A DNA stretch of 64,000 nt, from positions 558,001-622,000 of the forward strand of contig RSEE01000004.1 in NCBI GenBank assembly GCA_003971905.1. Direction: 5' to 3'. The stretch's first letter is position 1. Each line of letters begins with the position of its first letter. The position numbers and the translations under genes are program-made. Below the pieces are notes generated by a model, which was not told the origin of the DNA, made no database searches, and worked only from the letters and a program-made list of their open reading frames with translations. This stretch comes from Moniliella sp. 'wahieum' (Eukaryota). This document shows positions 23,914-35,298 of this stretch, piece after piece.

Positions 23914-26608
23914 ATGGCCTTCTTCCAATCTCCCACTCCATCAGCTCCACTGGGTGCCGCCCCTCTGGCTGCCAGCAGCCTAGCCCAGGCACCCAAGACA
24001 ATCGTCTTATCGGCGATGGACTACGGTCTCCGGTCGCCCTCGGCCTGCTCAAGTCAGGCCACCGCGTCCACTTCGTTGCGCCGTCTCCACCCTCCTTCGC
24101 TGCTTGACGGCATCCTCTTCCTTGGCTCATCTTTCCGCTCGTCGGGTTCGGTGTGGCGTTGGACCTTGCCACCCAGCGGGCCGTTGGCGGGATGGCGCTC
24201 GACGCGGCCTATTGCCCAGTTGTCTCCGAGCTACCTTGGCATGGGGGGCAGCGCTGACTTGGTATCAATGCTTCTGGCATTGCGCTGCCCGGTGCCGATC
24301 TCCTCGCATCGCGCATCAACCAAAACCATTGCGGAAGAAACGCTTTGCCCAATCCGTCGCGGGCCTGAGCCAGATCCAGCAACAGCAAGCTTCGAACCCT
24401 TGTGGCGTCGCAGCAGACTGCCGCCGCATCAGAATCCAGCCTGGTTTCCTCAGTCTCCTCCGAGTTGCCGCCCAGTGTAACAAGTATGCATCCAATTCGC
24501 AACTCTCAGCCCAAGCCGCCAGTGAGGCGGCCTACAAGGCCACCCAGGCTGCCGATGTTGCCACCGTTGCGGCTCAGACAGCTGCGAACAAGTCCTTCAT
24601 CGCCTCGCAAGCGGCCGAATCGGCCGTTGCCAACTCGGCCATCACCTCACAAGCGAGCAACATTGCTGCCGCCAACTTGGTATGTCTTTTTTGGATTTGC
24701 TCTTCTCCTTTTCTTCCACCTTACTGACCTGTTCATCGTTCCTTCATCATATACACCCAAAGTTTGCCTACGACAGCGGATTGCTACGGTTGGTTCCACT
24801 TCTGCCGCTCAGGCGGCTGGCCTGTATGGATACAACTCGATCGCTGGTGCTAATGCCGCAACGGCGGCTGATCTGAGCAGTTATGGATCTTTTGCCGCGG
24901 CACAACAAGCTCAAGCGGTTTCCGCTGCTGGTCGCGGCGGCTATAATGGATCCAACGCTGCTCTCCAGACGGCTCAGTCCGCTGCCTTGGCCGGCTATGG
25001 TTCTGTCGCGGCTGCGGAGGCTGCTCAGATCCAGGCAGCTCAGGCGGCTACCGCATCCGGTCTATCCGGCTACGGCAGCACCGTTTCCGGGTTCAACGGG
25101 TACGGATCTGCCGCCGCTACGCAGGCCGCTGCTGTTAATGCTGTTGCTGCTGAGACGGCTGCTGCCCAGACGGTGGCTGCTCAGACGGCTGCTGCTCAGA
25201 ACTACGCCGCCCAGAACTATGCTGCAGAACTACGCTGCCCAACAGAATTACGCCGCCCGACCGCTGCGGCTCAAACATACGCTGCCCAGACCGCTGCTGC
25301 CCAGACCGCTGCGGCTCAGACATACGCTGCTGAGGCGGCTGCTGCCCAGGCTGTTGCTCAGACTTACGCTGCTGAGAAGGCTGCTGCGCAGACGGCTGCT
25401 GCCCAGACTTACGCTGCCCAGACTTACGCTGCCCAGACTTACGCTGCTCAAACGGCTGCTGCTCAACGGCTGCGGCCCAGACGGAAGCGGCTCAGAATTA
25501 CGCTGCCCAACAGACGGCTGCTGCCGGTCTGGCTGGCTACAGGTCCGCTTCAGCTCGAGGCGCGACCGCGGCCGATTTGGCCAGCTACGGCTCAACTGGT
25601 GCTCTACAAGCTGCTACTAGTCTTTCCTCGGCGGACGTGGCGGCGGCACTTTCGGAGACGGTCGCGTCGCGCCACACGCAATCAGTCCTGGACAATGCGT
25701 TGGTGCAAGCTGGAGTTACGGGGGGTGTATGTCGTCCTTGGCCGCGGCCAAGACTTCGGCCCTAACCCAAGCGGCCATTTCGAATGCTGTCCAGTGGGCC
25801 GCAGCCACCCAACAGGCGGAAGAGCAGCAGGCGGCGCTCAAGGCGGCTGCGTATGCTGCGGTGGCTCAGTCGTCTATTGCTTCTTCGGTCGCCAGTGCCA
25901 ATCAGCAGGCAGCGGTGGCGCGCGCGCTTGAGGCACAGTCGTCGGGTGTAGCGAAGCATGCGGTGGAGAGCGCCATCCAGCAAGCGGCCGCTTCCACCTA
26001 CGCCCGTTCCGCTGTGGCGCAGGCGTACCAGCAGCATGCCATTGCCCAGCAGGTATCCCAGCAGCGTGCTATCGCCCAGCAGGTATCCCAGCAGCGTGCC
26101 GTGGCCCAGCAGGCGGCTGCTTGGAACGCCGCAGCCCAGACCCAAGAGGTGGCGGCGCAGGCGCAGCAGCGCGTTGGCGGCGGCGGCGCAGTCGAGCGTG
26201 ACCCAAGCGATTGTGGCCAACGCGGTGGCGCAGTATGGCTCGTCGGTGGTCAACCCGGCGGCCGTGGCAGCAGTGCTGCAGGGTGCGTTCAACTCTTCCT
26301 CGTCGGGATCGTTTAGCCCGGCGGCGAGCGCAGTCCAGGCGCAGATCCAGGCCCAACAAGCGCAAGCCCAGGCTGTCCGCTCCGCGGCGGTCCTGGAGCA
26401 CCTAACTGGCCCACGCAAGCCCTTGCTCGAGACGACGCAGGCACTGGCGGGGATCAACTATGGCATTACTTCCCCGCCCTCGGTTGCGGGGCTGGTGGCC
26501 GGGCTGCCGTCCAACTATGCGATGACACCGGCGACACGCCTGTTCTCGCTCAACGCTTCACCGGCGGCAGCTCTTTCTGCGGCCCGTGTTGGCATGGCGC
26601 GACTTTAA
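23914..26608 (+). CDS. Ala/Gln/Ser-rich low-complexity repeat protein of unknown function (frameshifted)
   Basis: TATA box, ATG 23914, intron 24680-24776 (GTATGT...CTGAC...CAG). Pentapeptide repeats AQTYA/AQTAA/AQNYA and scattered GYGS/SYGS motifs. Stop at 26608. Confidence 0.75.
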
Positions 26609-27043
26609 GCGTTCTTCTTCATCTCGGTTTACTCTGCTTCCTTGCATCTTGACGCGCTCATCACTCAGCCTCAAAAGTCGTGATGATAACCGGATCCAAT
26701 GATCAGATCGCTTGGACCGTTTTTCAAGGAGCACTACCTTTTCCGTTGAACATTATAGCTGAGCCCGTCTCAACCACACAAGTTTTTTCATTCTATGGTC
26801 GTCTCTCTCTTCTACCATGACATACAAACAATCCCCTGGATCCGCCATTATACCGCATCTTTCCCCGCACACGCATAGCAAAGAATCACATAGATCTTTT
26901 GGAGTTAGAGGTGCGGAAGGTCTGCCTTGTGAGAAACTGTGAGGGCCCCCATGCCCGCTCCTCGACCGAGTATTGCATGGGCCATAATAAGGTACTGACA
27001 CGCAAAACAAGAGTTTTGTGGGCGGAACCACAATAAGCAAAAA

Positions 27044-27142
27044 GGGGCTCAGCGGGAATTGAACCCACGACCACCTCTATTCGAACTGAGTCCAGCTCGG
27101 GAGAGTCCCGAAAGAGGCATGATACCACTACACCATGAGCCC
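27044..27142 (-). tRNA. tRNA-Pro(CGG) with 27-nt intron
   Basis: GGGCTCA/TGAGCCC acceptor; CCTCT/AGAGG anticodon stem; anticodon CGG; GGTTCAATTCC; poly-T terminator. Confidence 0.9.
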
Positions 27143-27228
27143 AATGACCAGGCGAGTGCCAACTTAGTACTTCAGTCTCTCTTGATGCTTTTACAGTTGC
27201 ATGCTTCAATCTAGTCAGCCAAAAAACA

Positions 27229-27313
27229 CGCCCCACGTGGGACTCGAACCCACAACCGTGAGATGGACCTCTGTTATAAGAGTCTCAAATTCTACCGATT
27301 GAAATAGCGAGGC
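27229..27313 (-). tRNA. tRNA-Lys(CUU) with 12-nt intron
   Basis: Mature sequence identical to the copy at 11935; the intron differs. TTTTTT terminator. Confidence 0.93.
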
Positions 27314-29255
27314 TGTTTTTGCAAGATTGGGGCCGTAGAAACTGAGTTAAGTGACAATAGCAAGAGTCAAATCATACCCTACCTTCTCTACTACCCTGGC
27401 TTCTCTCTTTACACTTAAGGGGAAGCAGCAAAAACACTGCACCTGTACACATCGGATGCGAATTGTAAGTTAGTTGCGCTTGGGATCCTCCTACGTCCAA
27501 CCCCTTCCTAAGGAGGGCCGATATGGTGTGGTTGCTGTTTGTGTATAATAGTGGTGTTGTGTTTTTTAATTGGTACAGACAGAGAAGAGAACTTTCACAA
27601 AGCATTCTTCAGTGTGTGGAGGCCAAAAGAGAAGAAGCAAAATTGAACTCCATCAGCACTGGCTGTGTTGAACAGCAGAAGTGTTCTTCGTACTAACGTA
27701 GCCCACACTGCTAATATAGTGCGACTTGGAGCACTCGCGATCGCTATTGATCAGTTGCACATTATATTGAAGCAGCTTTCGGACAAGGCTTGGTGAAGGC
27801 AAAGCAGTCTAGCCACAAAAGGCTTCAAACAATGTCTGAAGGGAAGGAGACAGGAGAGAGAGGAGGAGATGGAGTTATCCACTCGTGCACTGCCCAGTGG
27901 GTATGGGAACGGATGTCGGCGGGAGTCCCCAGAGGGTGTCCTGATCGAACGGATTGAATCTCTTGGCGATTCCCCTGGTTCCCTAAACGGGGTCGCCGCC
28001 AAAAAGCAACACAAGCCGGGGATGATCGAGCTCTGTCGATGATACTATGGTTACTACAGTTTCCCTTGTGGTCCCCTAAACGGTGGGGGGTTGGCGCGAA
28101 CGAGCAACACAAGTCGGATGAGCGGTTCGGTTTACAGAGGCGCAGCGTTTCTTTGTTCCAGCCATAAGCTCTGGAAATGACATGGTCACAGCGTAGTAGA
28201 GATATGCAGTTGAATTGTGGCTATGAGACTAGCAACCGTCGTGACACGCACTACATGCAACAGGGTGGTGCTAGGGTTCACCTGCACTATCTCCAATGGA
28301 TCGGTGATGCTCGCTGGTTCGGGTGATTCGCCCCTTGCGTGGTCTGTGCGCCACCCCTTTTTGTCTGTTCCGACTTGCTTGCTTGGCTCTTGTCTTCTTC
28401 CCTTCAGCTTGCTTGAAGGACTTGTGGCTGACTGCCCTGCCTTCTTGCACGTCTTGAAGGTGCGCCTCTGCTTTCCCTGTTCTTGTGTTGTCCTCCGCAA
28501 TGCAGCTTGCTTGAACAAGGACTTGTGGCTGACTGCCCTGCCTTTTCTTTTGCACGTCTTGAAAAGCTCATCTCTTGTGCTGCCCATAGCGTTTCCCAGC
28601 TGCAGTCTAGCAGGTTATGTCGCCCTTCTCTTCTGCCTTTGCGCATTCTGCGCACCCGGTTTACTCGCCTGACGACATTGTGGAAGCGTATGTTTGTCGT
28701 GGCGAGTTTGACCCCAACTCCCAAGTCGGGTTGACTTCTAGCAAGACCACAGCGAAGTGGCAGGCTTTTCGAGTCCAGTACATGGTTGGTGCTTGGGCTG
28801 GACTGAACACTGTCCTGTGGGACGTTGACGTGGACGTCGCTGCCGAGTTCATCCACGACGTCATTCCTACCCTTCGCCGCTGGGAGATCCCGATGAAGGG
28901 CATAGACCTTCCGGCCCCTGGTTCTGCAGTGGCAGACAAGGACTCTACTGTGGCTGATATCATTACCAAATACAGCAAGGACCATGGCGGCGAAGACATC
29001 TTGCTCACACCGACTTCTATGTTGCCTATGTCTTTTATAAGAAGTCTCATTGCTTCTCCACCTTTGAGGACTTGCATGCGGCACTCATGCTCCATGTCGG
29101 TGAAGTGAAACGTGCTTGGAGACAGTACTGGATCAATCGGTCTTCCGAAGAAAGTCGCAAGCGTGTCGCTCTGAAGCGTCGTATCATGCGTGACATGCTC
29201 ATCGACCCAGCGCGCCTGCCTCCTACTGCCGAATATGAGGATGAACTTCAGGTAC

Positions 29256-30645
29256 TGTTGGCCTAGGGAGCCGGACGGGCAGAAGGATGAGGAGAAGGTG
29301 ATGGATTGGAGCCAGAGTTGGGTCTGGGTACAGAGGCATCTATAGGAGGCTGGACTAGGCACAGGGACAGTGAGTCACACAGGAGAGAGTGCAGGGCACA
29401 GGGACAGTGACACGCAGGGACGTCAGCGTGGAAGCCGATGGAACCGAGGCGAACCTGGTCTACCGACTGGGAGCCAGAGGATCACAGTCAACACCCCCGC
29501 TGGCCAGGGAACCCGGAGACATCGGTTGTGGATGAGCTCCTGCCAGTGGATGTAGAGAGGGAGGACTTGAGTGGCAACCGGGACGAATGGCCTGGAGTTG
29601 TGCATGGCCACACGACTGGCCTACACCCCCGCTGTCCAGGATGACACCTGAACGAGCCGAGCGCTTGTGGTTGGTGTATTGTGCGACCGCCAGATGCTTG
29701 TAGAAGTCTTAGAAGTAAAAGTAGTAGGGGTTGCGCCCCGAAGCGATTTGGTGGGCAAAAGTAAAAAGCACCAGTTATAGGTGTAGTGAAAGAAAATTGG
29801 AAACTTGGAGTAAATGCGGTCCAAGGTCGTTTGGCATCAAAATTGGATGCGTTTGGTAGTTGTTTGGTTCCGCATGCCTGGTGCCAGTGGGGTCCATTGG
29901 GCATGGGAAATGAACGGGCGCTATGCGTCAACCGTCTTGATCTGTTTGGGTTCTCTTTGTTGTTGAAAAAGAGGAGTGGAAGAAGTTGGGTGACCACCCC
30001 CCCCATCCTTTCCCCAGGTGCCCCGGATGAATTGGCAATCCGGGGCGTGTAGCCGTGGGTGGGGCACTTGATGAGCAGCCACCCCGCTTTCTGCGATTCG
30101 CCTGCGCCGTTTTGTCGTTGGAGGAATTTCGTCTCGTTGACGATACCCGACACGTTTTGTTCCGTCGTGTGTTGTCCCTAAAAATCATTGCCCCATCTGT
30201 GGGGGACGAGTGTGCCGATTGTGGCGGTAGTATGCCGATTGTGGCGGTAGTATGCCGATTGTGGCGGTAAGGTGCCGATTGTGGCGGTGGTGTTGTTGGG
30301 CGGGAGGACGGGTGTGTCTTGTGGGCTTGGCGGCTTAGCTTGGGCTTGTAGGCTTGGGGTGGGCTTGCTTGAAGAGCGCTCCCCTTCCGGGGGGATCAGA
30401 TTGTAGCTCTGTTGGCCTAGGGCCGGACGGGCAGAAGGATGAGGAGAAGGTGATGGATTGGAGCCAGAGTTGGGTCTGGGTACAGAGGCATCTATATAGG
30501 AGGCTGGACTAGGCACAGGGACAGTGAGTCACACAGGAGAGAGTGCAGGGCACAGGGACAGTGACCGCAGGGACGTCAGCGTGGAAGCCGATGGAACCGA
30601 GGCGAACCTGGTCTACCGACTGGAGCCAGAGGATCACAGTCAACA
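29256..30645 (-). mobile_element. Miniature (TRIM-like) LTR element, copy 1 (LTRs 29256-29493 and 30410-30645)
   Basis: LTRs of about 237 bp bounded by TGTTG...CAACA; G-tract PPT next to 29493 on the minus strand; TATATA in the LTR; left flank GGTAC. Confidence 0.9.
30211..30288. repeat. 21-bp tandem repeat (TGCCGATTGTGGCGGTAGTA-type, about 4 copies) inside the miniature element; repeated at about 31594-31669
   Basis: Read directly from the sequence. Confidence 0.9.
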
Positions 30646-30646
30646 T

Positions 30647-32016
30647 TGTTGGCCTAGGAGCCGGACGGGCAGAAGGATGAGGAGAAGGTGATGGATTGGA
30701 GCCAGAGTTGGGTCTGGGTACAGAGGCATCTATATAGGAGGCTGGACTAGGCACAGGGACAGTGAGTCACAAGGAGAGTGCAGGGCACAGGGACAGTGAC
30801 ACGCAGGACGTCAGCGTGGAAGCCGATGGAACCGAGGCGAACCTGGTCTACCGACTGGGAGCCAGAGGATCACAGTCAACACCCCCCTGGCCAGGGAACC
30901 CGGAGACATCGGTTGTGGGATGAGCTCCTGCCAGTGGATGTAGAGAGGGAGGACTTGAGTGGCAACCGGGACGAATGGCCTGGAGTTGTGCATGGCCACA
31001 CGACTGGCCTACACCCCGCTGTCCAGGATGACACCTGAACGAGCCGAGCGCTTGTGGTTGGTGTATTGTGCGACCGCCAGATGCTTGTAGAAGTCTTAGA
31101 AGTAAAAGTAGTAGGGGTTGCGCCCCGAAGCGATTTGGTGGGCAAAAGTAAAAAGCACCAGTTATAGGTGTATGAAAGAAAAATTGGAAACTTGGAGTAA
31201 TGCGGTCCAGGTCGTTTGGCATCAAAATTGGATGCTTTGGTAGTTGTTTGGTTCCGCATGCCTGGTGCCAGTGGGGTCCATTGGGCATGGGAAATGAACG
31301 GGCGCTATGCGTCAACCGTCTTGATCTGTTTGGGTTCTCTTTGTTGTTGAAAAGAGGAGTGGAAGAAGTTGGGTGACCACCCCCCCCCATCCTTTCCCCA
31401 GGTGCCCCGGATGAATTGGCAATCCGGGGCGTGTAGCCGTGGGTGGGGCACTTGATGAGCAGCCACCCCCGCTTTCTGCGATTCGCCTGCGCCGTTTTGT
31501 CGTTGGAGGAATTTCGTCTCGTTGACGATACCCGACACGTTTTGTTCGTCGTGTGTTGTCCCTAAAAATCATTGCCCATCTGTGGGGCGAGTGTGCCGAT
31601 TGTGGCGGTAGTATGCCGATTGTGGCGGTAGTATGCCGATTGTGGCGGTAAGGTGCCGATTGGGGCGGTGTGTTGTTGGGCGGGAGGACGGGTGGTCTTG
31701 TGGCTTGGCGGCTTAGCTTGGGTTGTAGCTGGGGGTGGGCTTGCTTGAAGACGCTCCCCTTCCGGGGGATCAGATTGTAGCTCTGTTGGCCTAGGGAGCC
31801 GGACGGGCAGAAGGATGAGGAGAAGGTGATGGATTGGAGCCAGAGTGGGTCTGGGTACAGAGGCATCTATATAGGGCTGGACTAGGCCAGGGACAGTGAG
31901 TCACACAGGAAGAGTGCAGGGCACAGGGACAGTGACACGCAGGGACGTCAGCGTGGAAGCCGATGAACCGAGGCGAACCTGGTCTACCGACTGGAGCCAG
32001 AGGATCACAGTCAACA
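30647..32016 (-). mobile_element. Miniature (TRIM-like) LTR element, copy 2 (LTRs 30647-30881 and 31784-32016)
   Basis: Near-identical to copy 1 apart from indels; right flank GGTAC at 32017-32021. Confidence 0.9.
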
Positions 32017-33987
32017 GGTACCGGCAACTCAGATCGATACTGAGTCAGACCAGCGTATGGACCTGTTGGGCACCCCGAAACGTTCTGTCCGACTGACAGT
32101 GATAGGGGATGTTACAACCCTGGCTCTTGCTCATGACCCGTCGGCTGCTTGCCGTCGTGGCCGTCCCTTCTGGGGGCGTATCAGCGAGCAGGCCCCGTCT
32201 ACTCGCACTGACTAGCGAGGAGCAGCCTAAGTGGGTGGATGCGCCGCTCTAGTCCAGGGACACATGAATTTCGATGTTATGACTCTGCCGAAGCGTATGA
32301 CGCGTGCTTTTGCTTCCTCGCCTCTGACACCCCTGGTGCATGGTCCCGAGCAAAAAGATCCGTTGGCTGTTCTTCGCGCTGGCTGCAGGGCATCCGTACT
32401 CGTTTGGCCACCATTTATCACGACTTTGCTTCGATCTTGGCCGGCACAATGGAGGTGCCGCCGGGGGTGCACTCTCAGATCGTTGGGCAACTAATGACGC
32501 TGGTGTCGCCTGCCCTCGCGGCCTACATTTCGCGCCTAGCCACCACAAACGTCTCCCGGGATTCTTTACTCGGTTCCGGACTTCTTGTCGTGCTTGTTCG
32601 CGGAAGTGCGCCTTTCTACACCAAGCGTCTCTGAACTACAGCTGTCGGTGCGCCAGATGGAATGGGATCCCAATGCAGAACCGGCTTCTACGGCCCTGAC
32701 GCGCTGGCTCGATTCAATCCAGGTTTTGACCCTCTTGGGGTACTCCACTTATTGGGACCCTGCACGTGATGTCCAGTTTGGAGGCCCTTTTCCGGCGTGG
32801 TGATTCGTATCGGCCGCTGATTTTCGCAGGGCTACCTCCCGGACAGCGTGTGACCGTGGCACATGTCAATTCTGTCTTGGGGGACTTGCAGTCGTTGGCC
32901 CGGGCCAACTTCGTCATGGAGTATAACCGGATTGCGTCCATCTCGGTGCCTACGGTTGAATCTTTGGCTGTTGATTCTCTACCCCACCCGTTAATTCGGG
33001 GACCACGGGACTGCTGGGAACGTAGACATGTCTCTTGCATCGCAGCTAGGAGCGATGGGGCTCGCGGCTGTCTGCTGGAATTTCCGCCAGCCTGGCATAT
33101 CGCTGCCAACTGCCCGGCGCCGCGTCAGGACAACCGCATTTCTAACCGTGGTACGTCAGGATGGAATCGCACCCTCCCTGGGCCAGGATGGAACGCGAAT
33201 CCAACCGTGCGCCCCCCGCAGCAGCATGCTGTTGCGCGTGTGCTTCAAGCCTTGGCGCACAGTTTGACGATAATGGACCTGTCCGTACCAGAGGAGGATG
33301 GCCTGCCTGCCGCGGGGGTTCGATGATATCGAATAGGGGTGGCGCGGGGTGAGGCGCTCATTATGCTCGCAGAGGACTTGTTGAGCGCATTGTCTACGAC
33401 TCGCCCAGGACGCGCCCCCCTTATTTCCCCCCTTTTGTCTTCTTCCCTTCAGCTTGCTTGAATGACTTGTGGCTGACTGCCCGCCTTCTTGCACGTCTTG
33501 AAGCTCATTTCTTGTGCTGCCATAGCGTTTCCCAGCTGCAGTCTAGCACTACAGACTTCTGTTGCCACACTATACGTTAGCATCACTATCGACATCATCG
33601 ATGCATCAGTATCGGTCTTTAAGCTTCAAGGTTCACGGGTTCCGGTTATACCAGGTTATACTACCGGGCGGGACTCCAGGTATCGATCGTAACCGCGGAG
33701 AAGGGGGGAAGCTTCCTTTTGGTGTCGACCCATGGTGGGGTGGCTCGTGCATTTTTGCCCCAAAGGTTCTTTTGGACTTTCCCTCTTTTCACTGGCCACA
33801 AGCTCCAAAAGGAACTCCGATGTTCTCGCTGCTATTTGCCTCGTTTCGCAGCTATGGGGTCGGTGGCGAATGGGCGCTTGAGTACTCACTGAGTCCCTAT
33901 ATACATGTCTTTGGTATATCACACCACCACCACTATATATAGTGCTGGAGTGCTGCATCTCAGGTGGTCCTGGAGGACTGCCAGGCG

Positions 33988-34326
33988 TCACGCGTCAGGC
34001 CCGTCAGGCCCTCTCAGGTCTCAGGACCCGACTGCGTAGGGATTAGTCTCAGATCTCATCGAGTGAGGGACTAGTGACTAGTGACTAGTGACCGGTGACC
34101 ACTAAGTGACTAGTGGCTATTATAGCGACTCTCCTATTGAGAAAGATCTTTTCGGCTCTCAGTTTCACACGCTCCCTCTCAGATCTCATGTCGAAACGAC
34201 GACCTCCGAAGTCCCCAGGCCTCAGCCTGAGGCTTGAAGCTTGAAGCTTGACCGGCTGACCTCAGGGCCTGAGCCTCAGGAGCGTCAGGATCAATTGCAT
34301 CCAATGGCATGATGCATGATGCATGA
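33988..34326. repeat. Dense cluster of T[CG]A-palindrome-T[CG]A micro-repeats
   Basis: TCACGCGTCA; TCAGATCTCA twice; TGACTAGTGACTAGTGACCGGTGA; TGAAGCTTGAAGCTTGA; TGATGCATGATGCATGA. Confidence 0.9.
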
Positions 34327-34944
34327 TGCCTCCTGTGAAGAAAATGTCTCGTATGTAATACTCTGCCGGATGCCCTCGACCGCGGGAAGAGAGAGGCCAG
34401 TTTGGCCTTGTTATCTTCGATCCACAGCGTGTTGGGTCTACGTGAATGAGGCTGTGGCTGCCGCGTGCCGGCTGGCCAGAAGCGGGGATTAGGCGCTTGT
34501 GGGAGGGGAGATAGAAGGAGGCATGCTTGGACGCAGGCCGGATATAGTGCTGTATGAAGATGATGACGCGCGTTAATATGATTGGTCGGTGGCGAAGATC
34601 TCTCTCGATCGACGGTCTGGCTTCGGTGCCTACCGCCGGACCCTAGTTTGTGCTTACATAGCGGCCGTTGCGACGATGGAGTAGTGAATGGGAGGCAGGA
34701 CTCGGGTATTCAGCACGCCGTGCTCGGGCTGTATCCAGGCTTTTGGCCCCAGGGGGAGCAGCACTGGGGCGGTTGCTGGTGTGGCTGGTCGGCTGGCTGG
34801 CGGAGTTCGACTGCGGGATCGGTGCAACGGATGGGAGGGGGGGGGGCGAGGGGTGCTGCTGGCGGCCGACGTGTGGGCCGAGCGTATGGCGTGGTGGTGG
34901 TGATCGGTGTGCATCATCGCTGATCGACGTCCCTCGCTCGGCCG

Positions 34945-35057
34945 AGGAGAAGCGAGAGGAGAGGCGAGAGGAGAGAGGCGACAGGCGAGAGGAAGAGAGC
35001 GACAGCGAGAGGAGAGAGGCGACAGGCGAGAGGAGAGAGGCGACAGGCGAGAGGTGA
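34945..35057 (+). repeat. GA-rich low-complexity/minisatellite tract
   Basis: Repeated GAGAGGAGAGAGGCGACAGGC units. Confidence 0.8.
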
Positions 35058-35298
35058 GACGCGCAGAGGCGCAGGCCGGCCAGCCAAAAAAAAGGTACAG
35101 CCTCCCGCCACCAACCCCCGCCCCTTCCGCCTCCCGCCAGCGCTGGCCGGCTCAGCCTAGTTCAGCGCAGGCCTGTGCGTCCAACGCGCGCCTCGTGTCG
35201 CCTGCTGTCGCCTCATTGCCACATCCACGCTCCGCACCCCTGCGCCATGCCGCCGCCCCTTCCCCCCCCGTATGCCAGCCCACTGCGCCAGCACCCCC

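Larger units (their letters stand above)
28256..33548 (+). mobile_element. Non-autonomous, gag-only Ty1/copia-type LTR element, interrupted by a nested insertion
   Basis: Direct repeats ending TCTAGCA at 28612 and 33548; PBS GGTTATG(tc)GCCC at 28613; CTACA at 28251-28255 and 33549-33553 as candidate TSD; ORF 28617 to 33326 ending in a zinc knuckle CWN(F)RQPGHIAANC at 33073-33113; no pol. Confidence 0.75.

Noticed and set aside
25000..25600. True ice-nucleation protein orthologue
   Set aside because: GYGS motifs are few and irregular, without the 8/16/48-residue periodicity of InaZ. Kept only as a weak analogy.
27978..28125. Two loosely similar segments of about 50 bp (CCCTAAACGG...GCAACACAAG)
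   Set aside because: Too short and degenerate to assign; possibly LTR debris.
29488..30153. 221-aa minus-strand ORF in the miniature element as a functional gene
   Set aside because: No recognisable domain, and the frames differ between the two copies. At most a decayed gag remnant.
29256..32016. Four spaced repeats as a CRISPR-like array
   Set aside because: The repeats are about 237-bp LTRs with TG...CA ends and a TSD, in a eukaryotic context.
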